A stretch of DNA of 64,000 nt from Amphiscolops sp. MND2022. Its lineage: Eukaryota. Where the stretch lies: positions 73,842,001 to 73,906,000 of the forward strand of contig OZ076411.1 in the NCBI GenBank assembly GCA_964187785.1. Direction: 5' to 3'. This document shows, piece by piece, positions 22,799 through 31,257 of this stretch (positions are counted from its first letter, which is position 1; the number at the start of each line of letters is the position of its first letter). The notes under the pieces were generated by a model. The model made no database searches, was not told the DNA's origin, and saw only the letters and a program-made list of their open reading frames with translations. The position numbers and the translations under genes are program-made.

Positions 22799-25700
22799 TT
22801 AGGTGGGGCAGTCTGATGGAGATGTTTCTTGCATGGCTTTTAGTGTGGTTTCCAGGGGTGGGACCACGGCTGGTCCAATGCTCGAGTAGGTCTTTTCCAC
22901 GGTAATCACAACGTGATGTACTTGCGGAACCTCTTGGTCCTTGGCTTGTATGTTTCGGATGTATTGCATGTGGTCTTCCGTTGTTTCAGTAACAGCTGTG
23001 TCTGGGGCAGGAGCGTCTACTCCCCGGGCCAATCGCTTGTTCGGTGGTTTTCCACTAATTAGGTTGACGAAACTACAGTTACGGGAACCACATGTTCCGC
23101 AGCGATATCTAGGAGTTCTATTGCGTCGCAGCAAATAGGGTGGTGCTCGTGAGGTTGTTGTTTGTTCCGCTTCTGATTGCTCTGATGGTAAACTTTCTGC
23201 AATGTTGGGTAGCGTCATTGCACGTTCCAGGGTTTGAGATTGTGCTCTAGTTCGCAATCTGCCTCTCGATCTGGTGTACGGTTGGTGCGTGCTTGCAAGT
23301 GCTTTGCTTGATGAGTTGGCACTTCCTCTTCTACGATTTGGAGGTCTACCTCTTGGCCTGCCTCTTCTACTCGCGGTTCTCCCCGATGATGGCGATGCTT
23401 CCATGCTGTGTCTGGGTTCTGGAATTTCTCTGTCAGTTCTTTCTTGGGGTTCGGGTTCCTCGATAGTTTGTAGTCCTGCCGAGCTACCAGCTCGAGAACT
23501 GAATAGTGGAAAATTGTTCAATGTGTCGGTTAAAGCTGGGTTCGAGAGCAGTGGTGCTGATGTTTCTGATGGCGAAGGTATCAGACTTGGTGTTGGTTCT
23601 GGCCTGACTTCCTCTTGATCTGAATACAGTGGTTCCAAATCATCGATATCAGGATAGATCATTGGATGTTGTGGCTCTTCAATGGGTTGATCCATTTGTT
23701 CTTGGTCGGATTCCGACTCAGAGGGGTATCCAAAATGACTGAATCGTCTTCGAGGGATTCCTCGTTCTAGAGCAGACTGAGTGCGTGTTTGAATCGTGCT
23801 CGGGGGAACGGGCGCGGTCGGTTCCATCTCGAATGATGCTTCTGGCAGTTGTTCTGGAAGAAATGAGTCACGTGATATGTCTGACGTTATCTCCTCATTA
23901 CTTTCCTCCACGTATGGGTCTGCGATGATGGCAACATTCTGGTCTAACCCAAAGGGTTGATGTGCCGCCCAATCCCACGGCGCGGGCACATGCTTCTTCA
24001 GGCGTTCGAAGTGGACCTTTTGTCCTGTATCCAAAACGTATAATCTTCCATCTTGTAATACATCTGTGACCTTGTGAGGTCCACGCCAGGCACGAAGGAG
24101 TTTGCGGGTTCCACCTTTAGGAATTATGTGGCAGAAAACCCAAACAGCATCACCCACCGCGTGAGTTTTTGCTTTCAAATGCTTGTCGAACTTCTGTTTT
24201 TGTCGTATTTGCGCCTGGTGTGTGTTTCGGCGAACAAGTTCGTGGATTTCTCGTTGTCGAGCAAGTAGGTGCTCCACAAATTCTTCTTTGGACTCAAACT
24301 CTCGCGCTGCGAATTCTGGGTATATAAACGAGAGTGGAATGGATTTTTCTGCGCCATGTTGGAGCATATACGGGGAAAATCCGGTCGTTGCATGTCTGGT
24401 AGAATTATAGGCACCCAAGACTCCGTCTATGTGTTCATCCCAGTCAAGCATTCTTCGAGACGTATAGACTCGGAGCAAGGTCAGTAATGTTCGGTTTTGA
24501 CGTTCCACTAAACCATTGCCTCTCGGATGAGCTGGAGTAGACGTTATTTTGGTTACTTGCGAAGCTTTCATCAGTTCTTGAGCAATCTCATCAGTAAAGT
24601 TGGTGGCATTGTCCGATTGCATCCTGGCAGGAGTGCCGTGTCTTGCAAACCATTTGTTCAAGATAATCTTTGCAGTCGTCTGGGCGTCATATTCGTCGTG
24701 TGCACATGGGATTGCCTCTGCAAATTTAGTGAAATCGTCGATGATGACTAGCAATCCATTATTTCCTGACGTTGTTTTGCACAACTTCAAATGATCGAAC
24801 TGCACCAGGTCATTAAAATTGCTGCTGTTGATACTTTGTAACGGATAACAGGGATTCCCAGCGGGATGTTTCGTTTGTTGGCATGTTAAGCAGTGCTTAA
24901 TATGATTGACAACATCACGCTTGATGCCTGGCCAAGTGTGGCGCTCCTGGATTCTTGCCAACACTTTACCAACGCCTAGGTGTCCTGACTCGTCATGCGC
25001 TCTGTACAAGATTTCGTGTTGGTATAGTTGGGGCAAGACGATCATACACGGTCGTATGTGCATCGCACGTTGCTGCGGAATGTAGTTGACACACAAGATA
25101 TCATTCTGATTCAGGAACAGTAAGTCTTTCTTCTGGTGAAAGTATCGTTTGGCAAAGTCTTGCACGTCTTCGGGAAACAACGTATCCTCTAATGGCTTGT
25201 TCTTCATGAGTTTCTTCAGCGCTAGCAGATGTACATCTCTGTTTTGAGCTAGATGAAGATCTTTCAATCCGCGCATTGTTGACTGATGCTCGTGAAGCTC
25301 AGTTCCGACTAGCCTGAGGACGTCAGCTTGTTCCTGACACTGCGTAGGCAATCTACGCAGTGCTGGGTCACGTTGGGTGGTGTCCAGACGTGCCGCCGGC
25401 ATTTTGGTCGTTACGCTAAGGATACAATTCGGTCTGTCGTCTTCGGTCGAAGTCGGAGTTGTTTCCCATTGCACCTGTGGGTACCATGGTACGGAATTCA
25501 GGGACGGGTCTGAGGTTAGATCTTTTTTTGGTGGCTTTTTCAAAATGAACAGCACTGGAAGTTGTGCTCGAGCTTCCGGTGGAAGCTCTGGATGGTTTGG
25601 GATAAATTTTCCATGTTTGTCGATATAGGGCACAGTGGGGAGTTCTTCGTAGTCTTTCTGGGGCATGAAGCTGAATCCCTTGCTCACTTCTGAAAGAGTT

Positions 25701-27121
25701 TCCACAATCTTCTCCCGATGTACGTAGTCATTGGTCCTTTTGCTAAAACCATCCACATTTCTATGTTGTGTGCGCGGTCTGTGGATCGTCTTGAAATGAT
25801 ATTGGTCGAGGCGCGCAATCCAGCGTCCAATCATGGCTTGATCCATTGAATATGTCTTCAGCCACGAGAGAGCCTGGTTATCCACGCGCAGCGTGAATTC
25901 CCGACCTGCAAGGTAGGAATGAAATTTCTCAATGAAATAGAATACTGCATACATTTCCAGCTTCGGGGCGCCATATTTCATTTGTGTTTTAGTCAGTGAC
26001 TTGCTGCCATAGACAATAGGACGAAGAATGGTTTTGCCATTGTATTGTTGCTCTTGGTGCAGTATGCCGGCTATAACAACTGCACTGGCATCCGTGTCTA
26101 GAACGAAACGTCCTTCTTCGTTAGGCGCTGCCAAAGCTGTGGCATCAACCAATGCCTGCTTTACTGCATCGAACGCTTCTTGGTGTCCTTCTTTCCAGTA
26201 GAAGTGTTGGTTCTTCTTTAACAACTCCTGCATAGGTTGCACCTTAGCAGCATGAAAAGGAATGAAATCTCGGTAGTAGTTCGCAAATCCAAGGAAGCTC
26301 TGTAATTCTTCTCTGTTTCTGGGGGGCATCCATTCCTGGATTTTGCTGACAGCAGCCGGGTCAGGCTTTATGCCTTCGGCCGAGACTACTCTTCCAAGGT
26401 ACTTGGTTTCCGTGCGCATGAAGTCACATTTCTCTGCTCGCATCCTGAAACCTGCCTCTCTGAGACACCCGAACACTTCTCTAATTCTTTCCAAGTGGTC
26501 TTCAATGGTTTGTGTCGCAATCACTATGTCATCTATGTATGCCATGACAACGCTTCCATGTCGTTGTTGGATCTTCTGTAGAACCCTCGTGATCGATCGC
26601 TGAAAGGTGGCCGATGCATTGCATAGCCCGAAGGGCATGCGCCGCCATTCGAACAGGCCAAGTTCACACGCGAACGCCGTTTTTCTGGGATCACGCTTCT
26701 TCAGTGGAATTAACGCCAAATCGATGCTCGTGAAGATCTTTGCATTCCCAATCCTCGAGAGGCTTTCATCGATTCTGGGTAGTGGAAATGCGTCCTTCAC
26801 TGTTACATCATTTAGCGGGCGGAAGTCACAGCAAAAGCGAAGCTCGCCTGATTTCTTTTTCACCATGACGATGCCACTGGCCCACGGAGAGAAGGAGGGT
26901 TGTATCAGACCAAGGGCCAGCAAATTTTGCACTTCCTGATCGGCTTTCGCCGCCTTATCAGGGGACATCCGCCTAGCTCCTTCTCGGTGAGGTATAGCCT
27001 CCGGCTCTAGCTCTATCTTGTGCTTTGCAACCTTACACCTACCTATGTCAGACTTATTTTTCATGAAAAGGTCTTCACACTCATTTAATATAGTTTCTAA
27101 CTTCTTTCTCGCTTCTTTCCC
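22799..27121 (-). CDS. pol: Pol: reverse transcriptase, RNase H, integrase, then a Ser/Pro/Arg-rich linker
   Basis: RT: DFRPLN..DAFPLPRID, MPFGLCNA, YIDD (26528-26539). RNase H: LDTDAS, LEMYAV, VDNQAL. Integrase: H..H..C..C, VQFDHL, QSDNATNF, NGLVERQN, GPHKV. In frame with the upstream ORF across a TGA (27122-27124). RT motif reads IDLA-LIPL instead of the usual DLxxxFWQIPL, implying a short in-frame deletion at about 26712. Confidence 0.97.
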   Translation of the reverse strand, partial: GKEARKKLETILNECEDLFMKNKSDIGRCKVAKHKIELEPEAIPHREGARRMSPDKAAKADQEVQNLLALGLIQPSFSPWASGIVMVKKKSGELRFCCDFRPLNDVTVKDAFPLPRIDESLSRIGNAKIFTSIDLALIPLKKRDPRKTAFACELGLFEWRRMPFGLCNASATFQRSITRVLQKIQQRHGSVVMAYIDDIVIATQTIEDHLERIREVFGCLREAGFRMRAEKCDFMRTETKYLGRVVSAEGIKPDPAAVSKIQEWMPPRNREELQSFLGFANYYRDFIPFHAAKVQPMQELLKKNQHFYWKEGHQEAFDAVKQALVDATALAAPNEEGRFVLDTDASAVVIAGILHQEQQYNGKTILRPIVYGSKSLTKTQMKYGAPKLEMYAVFYFIEKFHSYLAGREFTLRVDNQALSWLKTYSMDQAMIGRWIARLDQYHFKTIHRPRTQHRNVDGFSKRTNDYVHREKIVETLSEVSKGFSFMPQKDYEELPTVPYIDKHGKFIPNHPELPPEARAQLPVLFILKKPPKKDLTSDPSLNSVPWYPQVQWETTPTSTEDDRPNCILSVTTKMPAARLDTTQRDPALRRLPTQCQEQADVLRLVGTELHEHQSTMRGLKDLHLAQNRDVHLLALKKLMKNKPLEDTLFPEDVQDFAKRYFHQKKDLLFLNQNDILCVNYIPQQRAMHIRPCMIVLPQLYQHEILYRAHDESGHLGVGKVLARIQERHTWPGIKRDVVNHIKHCLTCQQTKHPAGNPCYPLQSINSSNFNDLVQFDHLKLCKTTSGNNGLLVIIDDFTKFAEAIPCAHDEYDAQTTAKIILNKWFARHGTPARMQSDNATNFTDEIAQELMKASQVTKITSTPAHPRGNGLVERQNRTLLTLLRVYTSRRMLDWDEHIDGVLGAYNSTRHATTGFSPYMLQHGAEKSIPLSFIYPEFAAREFESKEEFVEHLLARQREIHELVRRNTHQAQIRQKQKFDKHLKAKTHAVGDAVWVFCHIIPKGGTRKLLRAWRGPHKVTDVLQDGRLYVLDTGQKVHFERLKKHVPAPWDWAAHQPFGLDQNVAIIADPYVEESNEEITSDISRDSFLPEQLPEASFEMEPTAPVPPSTIQTRTQSALERGIPRRRFSHFGYPSESESDQEQMDQPIEEPQHPMIYPDIDDLEPLYSDQEEVRPEPTPSLIPSPSETSAPLLSNPALTDTLNNFPLFSSRAGSSAGLQTIEEPEPQERTDREIPEPRHSMEASPSSGRTASRRGRPRGRPPNRRRGSANSSSKALASTHQPYTRSRGRLRTRAQSQTLERAMTLPNIAESLPSEQSEAEQTTTSRAPPYLLRRNRTPRYRCGTCGSRNCSFVNLISGKPPNKRLARGVDAPAPDTAVTETTEDHMQYIRNIQAKDQEVPQVHHVVITVEKTYSSIGPAVVPPLETTLKAMQETSPSDCPT

Positions 27122-29839
27122 TCATGGAGAAAGGACGGAAGAGAGGTCAGGGCCTGGGATTGCTTTTAGCAGCTGTGGATCTGTCCTTTTGCGCTTTTCA
27201 TTATCTGATAAACCTGCCTCAGACGGTTCGGTCGACGATAAAAAGTTTTGGGCAAAGGAACTGAATTCTGAACTGGTGTCCATATCAAAGTTTCTATGTA
27301 TTTGATTTACATATTCGGCAGAAAGCTTCGAAGCTTCACCTTCAGTTTGCATAAGAACAGAGTTCAATACAAAAGTGGTAAGCGCCGCTTTGCCAATAAC
27401 AGTTTGTGCTTTGATTTTCACCCGTTCTTTATCAGTTTGGTTTCGGATGGCCAAAAATACTATACCTCCTTCTCCCACAGAAGTTAGTGTATCTTCTGAA
27501 ACAAAAACTGAACTGGACTTTATGCTACATGAGTGGACCGTTACATTACGAAACAGGAAAGTGTCAGGTTGTTGCGTGATGATTTTCGCGCGCACAATCT
27601 TCCTTTCGAATGGACCTAGTATTACATCTTCCGTGGAAACTACAAACGATGGTTCGTTGTCGCTTACCTCATGAGTGGCTTTAAAGATTCGAGGTGTTTT
27701 GGGGTCACGGATAGTCACTTTCATTGCTGTCAGGTCCACCAACACGTTGTATGTGCGCAAGAAATTGCGACCCAGGAGGGAATCCTCTGACCCAATATGA
27801 TCGGCTATGACTACAAAGTTGGTCTTCAGAGTGTATCCGCCGAGCTGAAAGTTTACATCTTCGGCTATACCCACGGTGGTGATGCTTTTGCCATTGGCAG
27901 CGAAGAGTTCAACGTCATATGGTGACAGGCTCAGCATGTGCTGGGAAGCAATCTTCTTGTACGCACTCAATGAAAGGATGGAAACTCCTGAACCGGTGTC
28001 AATCATGCCGAAAAGTGGTATCGGCTTTTGCAGAGGAGTTCCGAATGCTACTACTAGCGAGGCTCGCTCATCAATCTGGGCCTCTCCTTGTGCATCTTGC
28101 ACTCCAATGCTATAACAACGCAATTCCTGCCTGCCCAGATATAGGCCTTGCGGAAAGTGTCCTTCCAGGACAACAATCGCATCAAACCTCATGTCCACAC
28201 CATCAACTGTGATCGCTACGGGGACTGGCGCGATTGTCTTCACTCTCTGTATCTGGGCCAGCTTGGTCTCATCATTCCTGGTAAAGTGGGGTAGTGGTCG
28301 CGAAGCTATCGTCAAACTGGTAATGCGGCACAGTTCTTCTTTCAATTGTGCTAATGTGAGATTTGGACGCGCCTTTTGTTCCGCGGATAACAACAGATGG
28401 ATGGATATTAGTGTTTCAGTACAGTCAGGCGCTGGTGCCTCAAGTGTCGTCAAGATTTGTTTCTCACCACAAGTTACAACCACAGGGCGTGATGGGCCTC
28501 CGTCTTCTGAAGTCGAGATCACCCTTATTTGATCCTCTGAATCGCAAAAGTCTGTTGAGTTTGCGACCGGGGCGTACCATGCCGCTTTTACTTGTTCCTC
28601 CGTTGCAACATTGTGAGGCGTCATACAATCAGATGCCACGTGGCCTACATGACCACAATTAATACAAAATGCTGATGTTCCTTGTTCTGGTAGGGTTGCG
28701 AGCATTAAGTCATCATTCATGCCGCGTGGGTTCGATGGGCACACCCATTCTCCAGCTGTGTTCGTGCGACACGAATTAACTATTTGCTGTACTGGTTTCC
28801 GTGCTCGGTCTTTCAAAGGACAATCAGCTGCAAAGTGTGAAGGATCTCCACAGTTGAAGCATGTTCGCTGCGGTTGTTGTCGGAAAGCTGGAGGCTGCTG
28901 CTGGAGTTGCTGGGCGTTGGGCGCTTGAGGGGCTTGTGCCTGTGCTTGGTTTTGCGGGTTCGCTGCGACAGGCGGCTGTTGTTGTTGTTGTGGTGCAAGA
29001 TAAATTTCCGAACGTGTCGAACCACGCATACGCAGGTATTGTTGTACCGTGAATCGTAAGGCCTCCACAGTTGGGGGTGTGTCCACATACTGTTCCTGTG
29101 CATACATGAGTGCAAGGTTTCGTTTCAGCTCATAGCTTCGTACCCCTTCGATGAAATTCTGCATGATTTCATAGCGCCTCACCGCAACTTCCTCGTTGGG
29201 AAAACCTTGGCTGCGCAAACCTTCCAATGCGTCAAGGTATTGCATGTAGTCTTCATCCGGGGACTGATTACGTGTACGGAACTGTTGTTGTATTTGGATC
29301 TTATTAGATCCTGTTCCAAATCTTCGTGCTAGCAGCGCGAAGACTTTTTCATCAGTATCGCGTTCCGCTTCTGATTTATTCGTAATATAGTCTCGTGCTT
29401 CATTTTCTAGGAACTCCACAATGGTCCATGCTCTGTCTAAAGGAGTGTCTTTTGCATGGGCTTTTTCCAGGTAACGCCTCATCAGCATTAGCCAGCCATC
29501 CACTATTCCATCGCGTGTGCCACGATACTTGGTAGGTTTGTTCTTGGATTCTTTGGCTGCTAATAATGGCTCCAGACCTTTGGACATCGCGGTGGTTATT
29601 GCTTCCGCCAATGCTTGGCTGTGTATAGCGTTCGGAGCATTGTCCTTGTCCTTGGCAGCTCCTTCCACCGTTCCAGTGTTCAGGTTCCTTCTCGAGATTG
29701 TCTTTCTTTGCGTGCTAGAGGCCAATGGCCGTAATTGGTCGTTACTATGGGGTAACATTGAGCGTTTTGTGCCAAGCATTGACGAAACAGCAGTTTGATA
29801 TTCGGTATTTCCCGATGCTGTTTTCATGTTACTATGCAT
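27122..29839 (-). CDS. gag: Gag (capsid, two CCHC knuckles), pseudo-protease, aspartic protease and dUTPase-like segment
   Basis: Capsid-like YRGTRDG..W..(~29540-29015); CFNCGDPSHFAADC (28861-28820) and CINCGHVGHVASDC (28666-28625); MIDTGSGVS with Asp at 27998-28000 and LLGRNFL; STEDVILGPFERKIVRA..LAIRNQT..VKIKAQTVIG (27649-27380). Confidence 0.93.
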   Translation of the reverse strand: MHSNMKTASGNTEYQTAVSSMLGTKRSMLPHSNDQLRPLASSTQRKTISRRNLNTGTVEGAAKDKDNAPNAIHSQALAEAITTAMSKGLEPLLAAKESKNKPTKYRGTRDGIVDGWLMLMRRYLEKAHAKDTPLDRAWTIVEFLENEARDYITNKSEAERDTDEKVFALLARRFGTGSNKIQIQQQFRTRNQSPDEDYMQYLDALEGLRSQGFPNEEVAVRRYEIMQNFIEGVRSYELKRNLALMYAQEQYVDTPPTVEALRFTVQQYLRMRGSTRSEIYLAPQQQQQPPVAANPQNQAQAQAPQAPNAQQLQQQPPAFRQQPQRTCFNCGDPSHFAADCPLKDRARKPVQQIVNSCRTNTAGEWVCPSNPRGMNDDLMLATLPEQGTSAFCINCGHVGHVASDCMTPHNVATEEQVKAAWYAPVANSTDFCDSEDQIRVISTSEDGGPSRPVVVTCGEKQILTTLEAPAPDCTETLISIHLLLSAEQKARPNLTLAQLKEELCRITSLTIASRPLPHFTRNDETKLAQIQRVKTIAPVPVAITVDGVDMRFDAIVVLEGHFPQGLYLGRQELRCYSIGVQDAQGEAQIDERASLVVAFGTPLQKPIPLFGMIDTGSGVSILSLSAYKKIASQHMLSLSPYDVELFAANGKSITTVGIAEDVNFQLGGYTLKTNFVVIADHIGSEDSLLGRNFLRTYNVLVDLTAMKVTIRDPKTPRIFKATHEVSDNEPSFVVSTEDVILGPFERKIVRAKIITQQPDTFLFRNVTVHSCSIKSSSVFVSEDTLTSVGEGGIVFLAIRNQTDKERVKIKAQTVIGKAALTTFVLNSVLMQTEGEASKLSAEYVNQIHRNFDMDTSSEFSSFAQNFLSSTEPSEAGLSDNEKRKRTDPQLLKAIPGPDLSSVLSP

Positions 29840-31257
29840 TTGGTCGCTGGCCGCCGAGTAATAATCTCAGTCGTTGAGGCACCTCTAGCATATGGGTCGA
29901 ATGGAGGAGGGCCTGATATATCACAGCGCTGTACTTCAGTTTGAGTGGTTGTTGACAACTGGGTTTTCATCGGCACCTGCTTGTACGCTGCGGGTGGTTG
30001 TAACTTTGGCTGTTTTGTCTGATCCGGTTTCATCACACATTGGCGTTTGGCAACTTCGCGATAGGAGGGGTGCTGACTAGGAAACGCACTCGTAGATGGT
30101 ATGTCGGCAGAGTTTGGTGCCACCGGCACGGGTGAGGGACGGTTTGGTATCGTCGCCACTACGGTCTTCACCCCTAGGGTTAAATCCTGGACCGTAGTCA
30201 TGAGGTCCACCATGCGATTGTCGACATCTAAATCTCTGTGGTGCATCATTTCGGACATGTGTTTTAGGCGCTCATCCGCTTGCCGATCTCTTTGCACCAT
30301 TATTGCCGTCATCTCCGATATACGTTTTTCCGTCAGGTCCTTGACTGATGCCACGGACGTTTCTATCTTGCCCTGGTTGACTCGTCCTTCCATCTTGATC
30401 TCATTCACCTCCTTTCGTAACTCTTCTACTTCCATCACCAAAACTTCTGCCCGACGGACATGGTCAGTGTTTTCCTGGGCTAACTTTACTTGGACTCGTT
30501 TCAATTGTTCCATACTACGTCCAAAATCTTCTCGTATGGCTTCAGTTTCTTTGATACCTCTGGCGATCGTCGAATTTGGGGATGCTGCATTGCCGGCATC
30601 GGAATGTTGGGGCGTTGCCGTGCGTTCCAGTCGTAAGGTGCTGGGACCCAACAATGGCGGTGTAGTGGAGGCATAGTTCTGGAGAGTCACTCCTTTCCTG
30701 GTCTTCCGCTTTCCCGGCTGACTTTCCGAAGGAGCTATCGCGGTGTCACCCAGTGTATTTCCATTGCTATCAAACACTGGTACTCCGGAACCCAGCGGGC
30801 CCGCATTCGTGCCCAGGTGAGGGGTGATTTCTCCCAAAGTCATGCCCACATTCATATTCTCAACCCACTTACTGATATCCGAGCTAGTAGCTACCTCTCT
30901 ATTCGAGTTCGGCCAGTCCCCGGTAACAATCACGGAAGTGTTCAGAGGAGGCCATACGTTGGTATGGTTCATGGGAGTCTCATTAGCTAGTTCGGTGCTA
31001 TCAAAGGACATCTTGGAGGAATTTGCTTGGCTCGTACGCGCAATTTGCGAATTTTGCTCAATGTTAGACACGTTATCTGACATTACGTCGTCTAAAAACA
31101 GGTCGGCGATCATATCTAGCGGTGCTATTTCAGCTTGTGTACTCAGGGTATGCAACTCTTCTATGTTGTTCGCGAACGGGTTGGTAGCATGAAATTCACT
31201 AGACTCCAATGATGTCTCACTCACGAATAACAAATATTCCCACTCACTCAAACTCAT
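29824..31257 (-). CDS. N-terminal Gag extension with long coiled coil; joins the downstream gag ORF by a frameshift
   Basis: Track ORF 29824..31269, first ATG at 31257. Heptad-rich stretch EAIREDF...MTTVQDL. Adding one base at about 29860 gives ..STTE-DYYSAASDQMHS.. continuous with 27122..29839. Confidence 0.75.
   Translation of the reverse strand: MSLSEWEYLLFVSETSLESSEFHATNPFANNIEELHTLSTQAEIAPLDMIADLFLDDVMSDNVSNIEQNSQIARTSQANSSKMSFDSTELANETPMNHTNVWPPLNTSVIVTGDWPNSNREVATSSDISKWVENMNVGMTLGEITPHLGTNAGPLGSGVPVFDSNGNTLGDTAIAPSESQPGKRKTRKGVTLQNYASTTPPLLGPSTLRLERTATPQHSDAGNAASPNSTIARGIKETEAIREDFGRSMEQLKRVQVKLAQENTDHVRRAEVLVMEVEELRKEVNEIKMEGRVNQGKIETSVASVKDLTEKRISEMTAIMVQRDRQADERLKHMSEMMHHRDLDVDNRMVDLMTTVQDLTLGVKTVVATIPNRPSPVPVAPNSADIPSTSAFPSQHPSYREVAKRQCVMKPDQTKQPKLQPPAAYKQVPMKTQLSTTTQTEVQRCDISGPPPFDPYARGASTTEIITRRPATKCIVT

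Noticed and set aside
17676-30676. Many + strand ORFs across the Gypsy interior
   Set aside because: Antisense shadows of long minus-strand coding frames, with no independent motifs.
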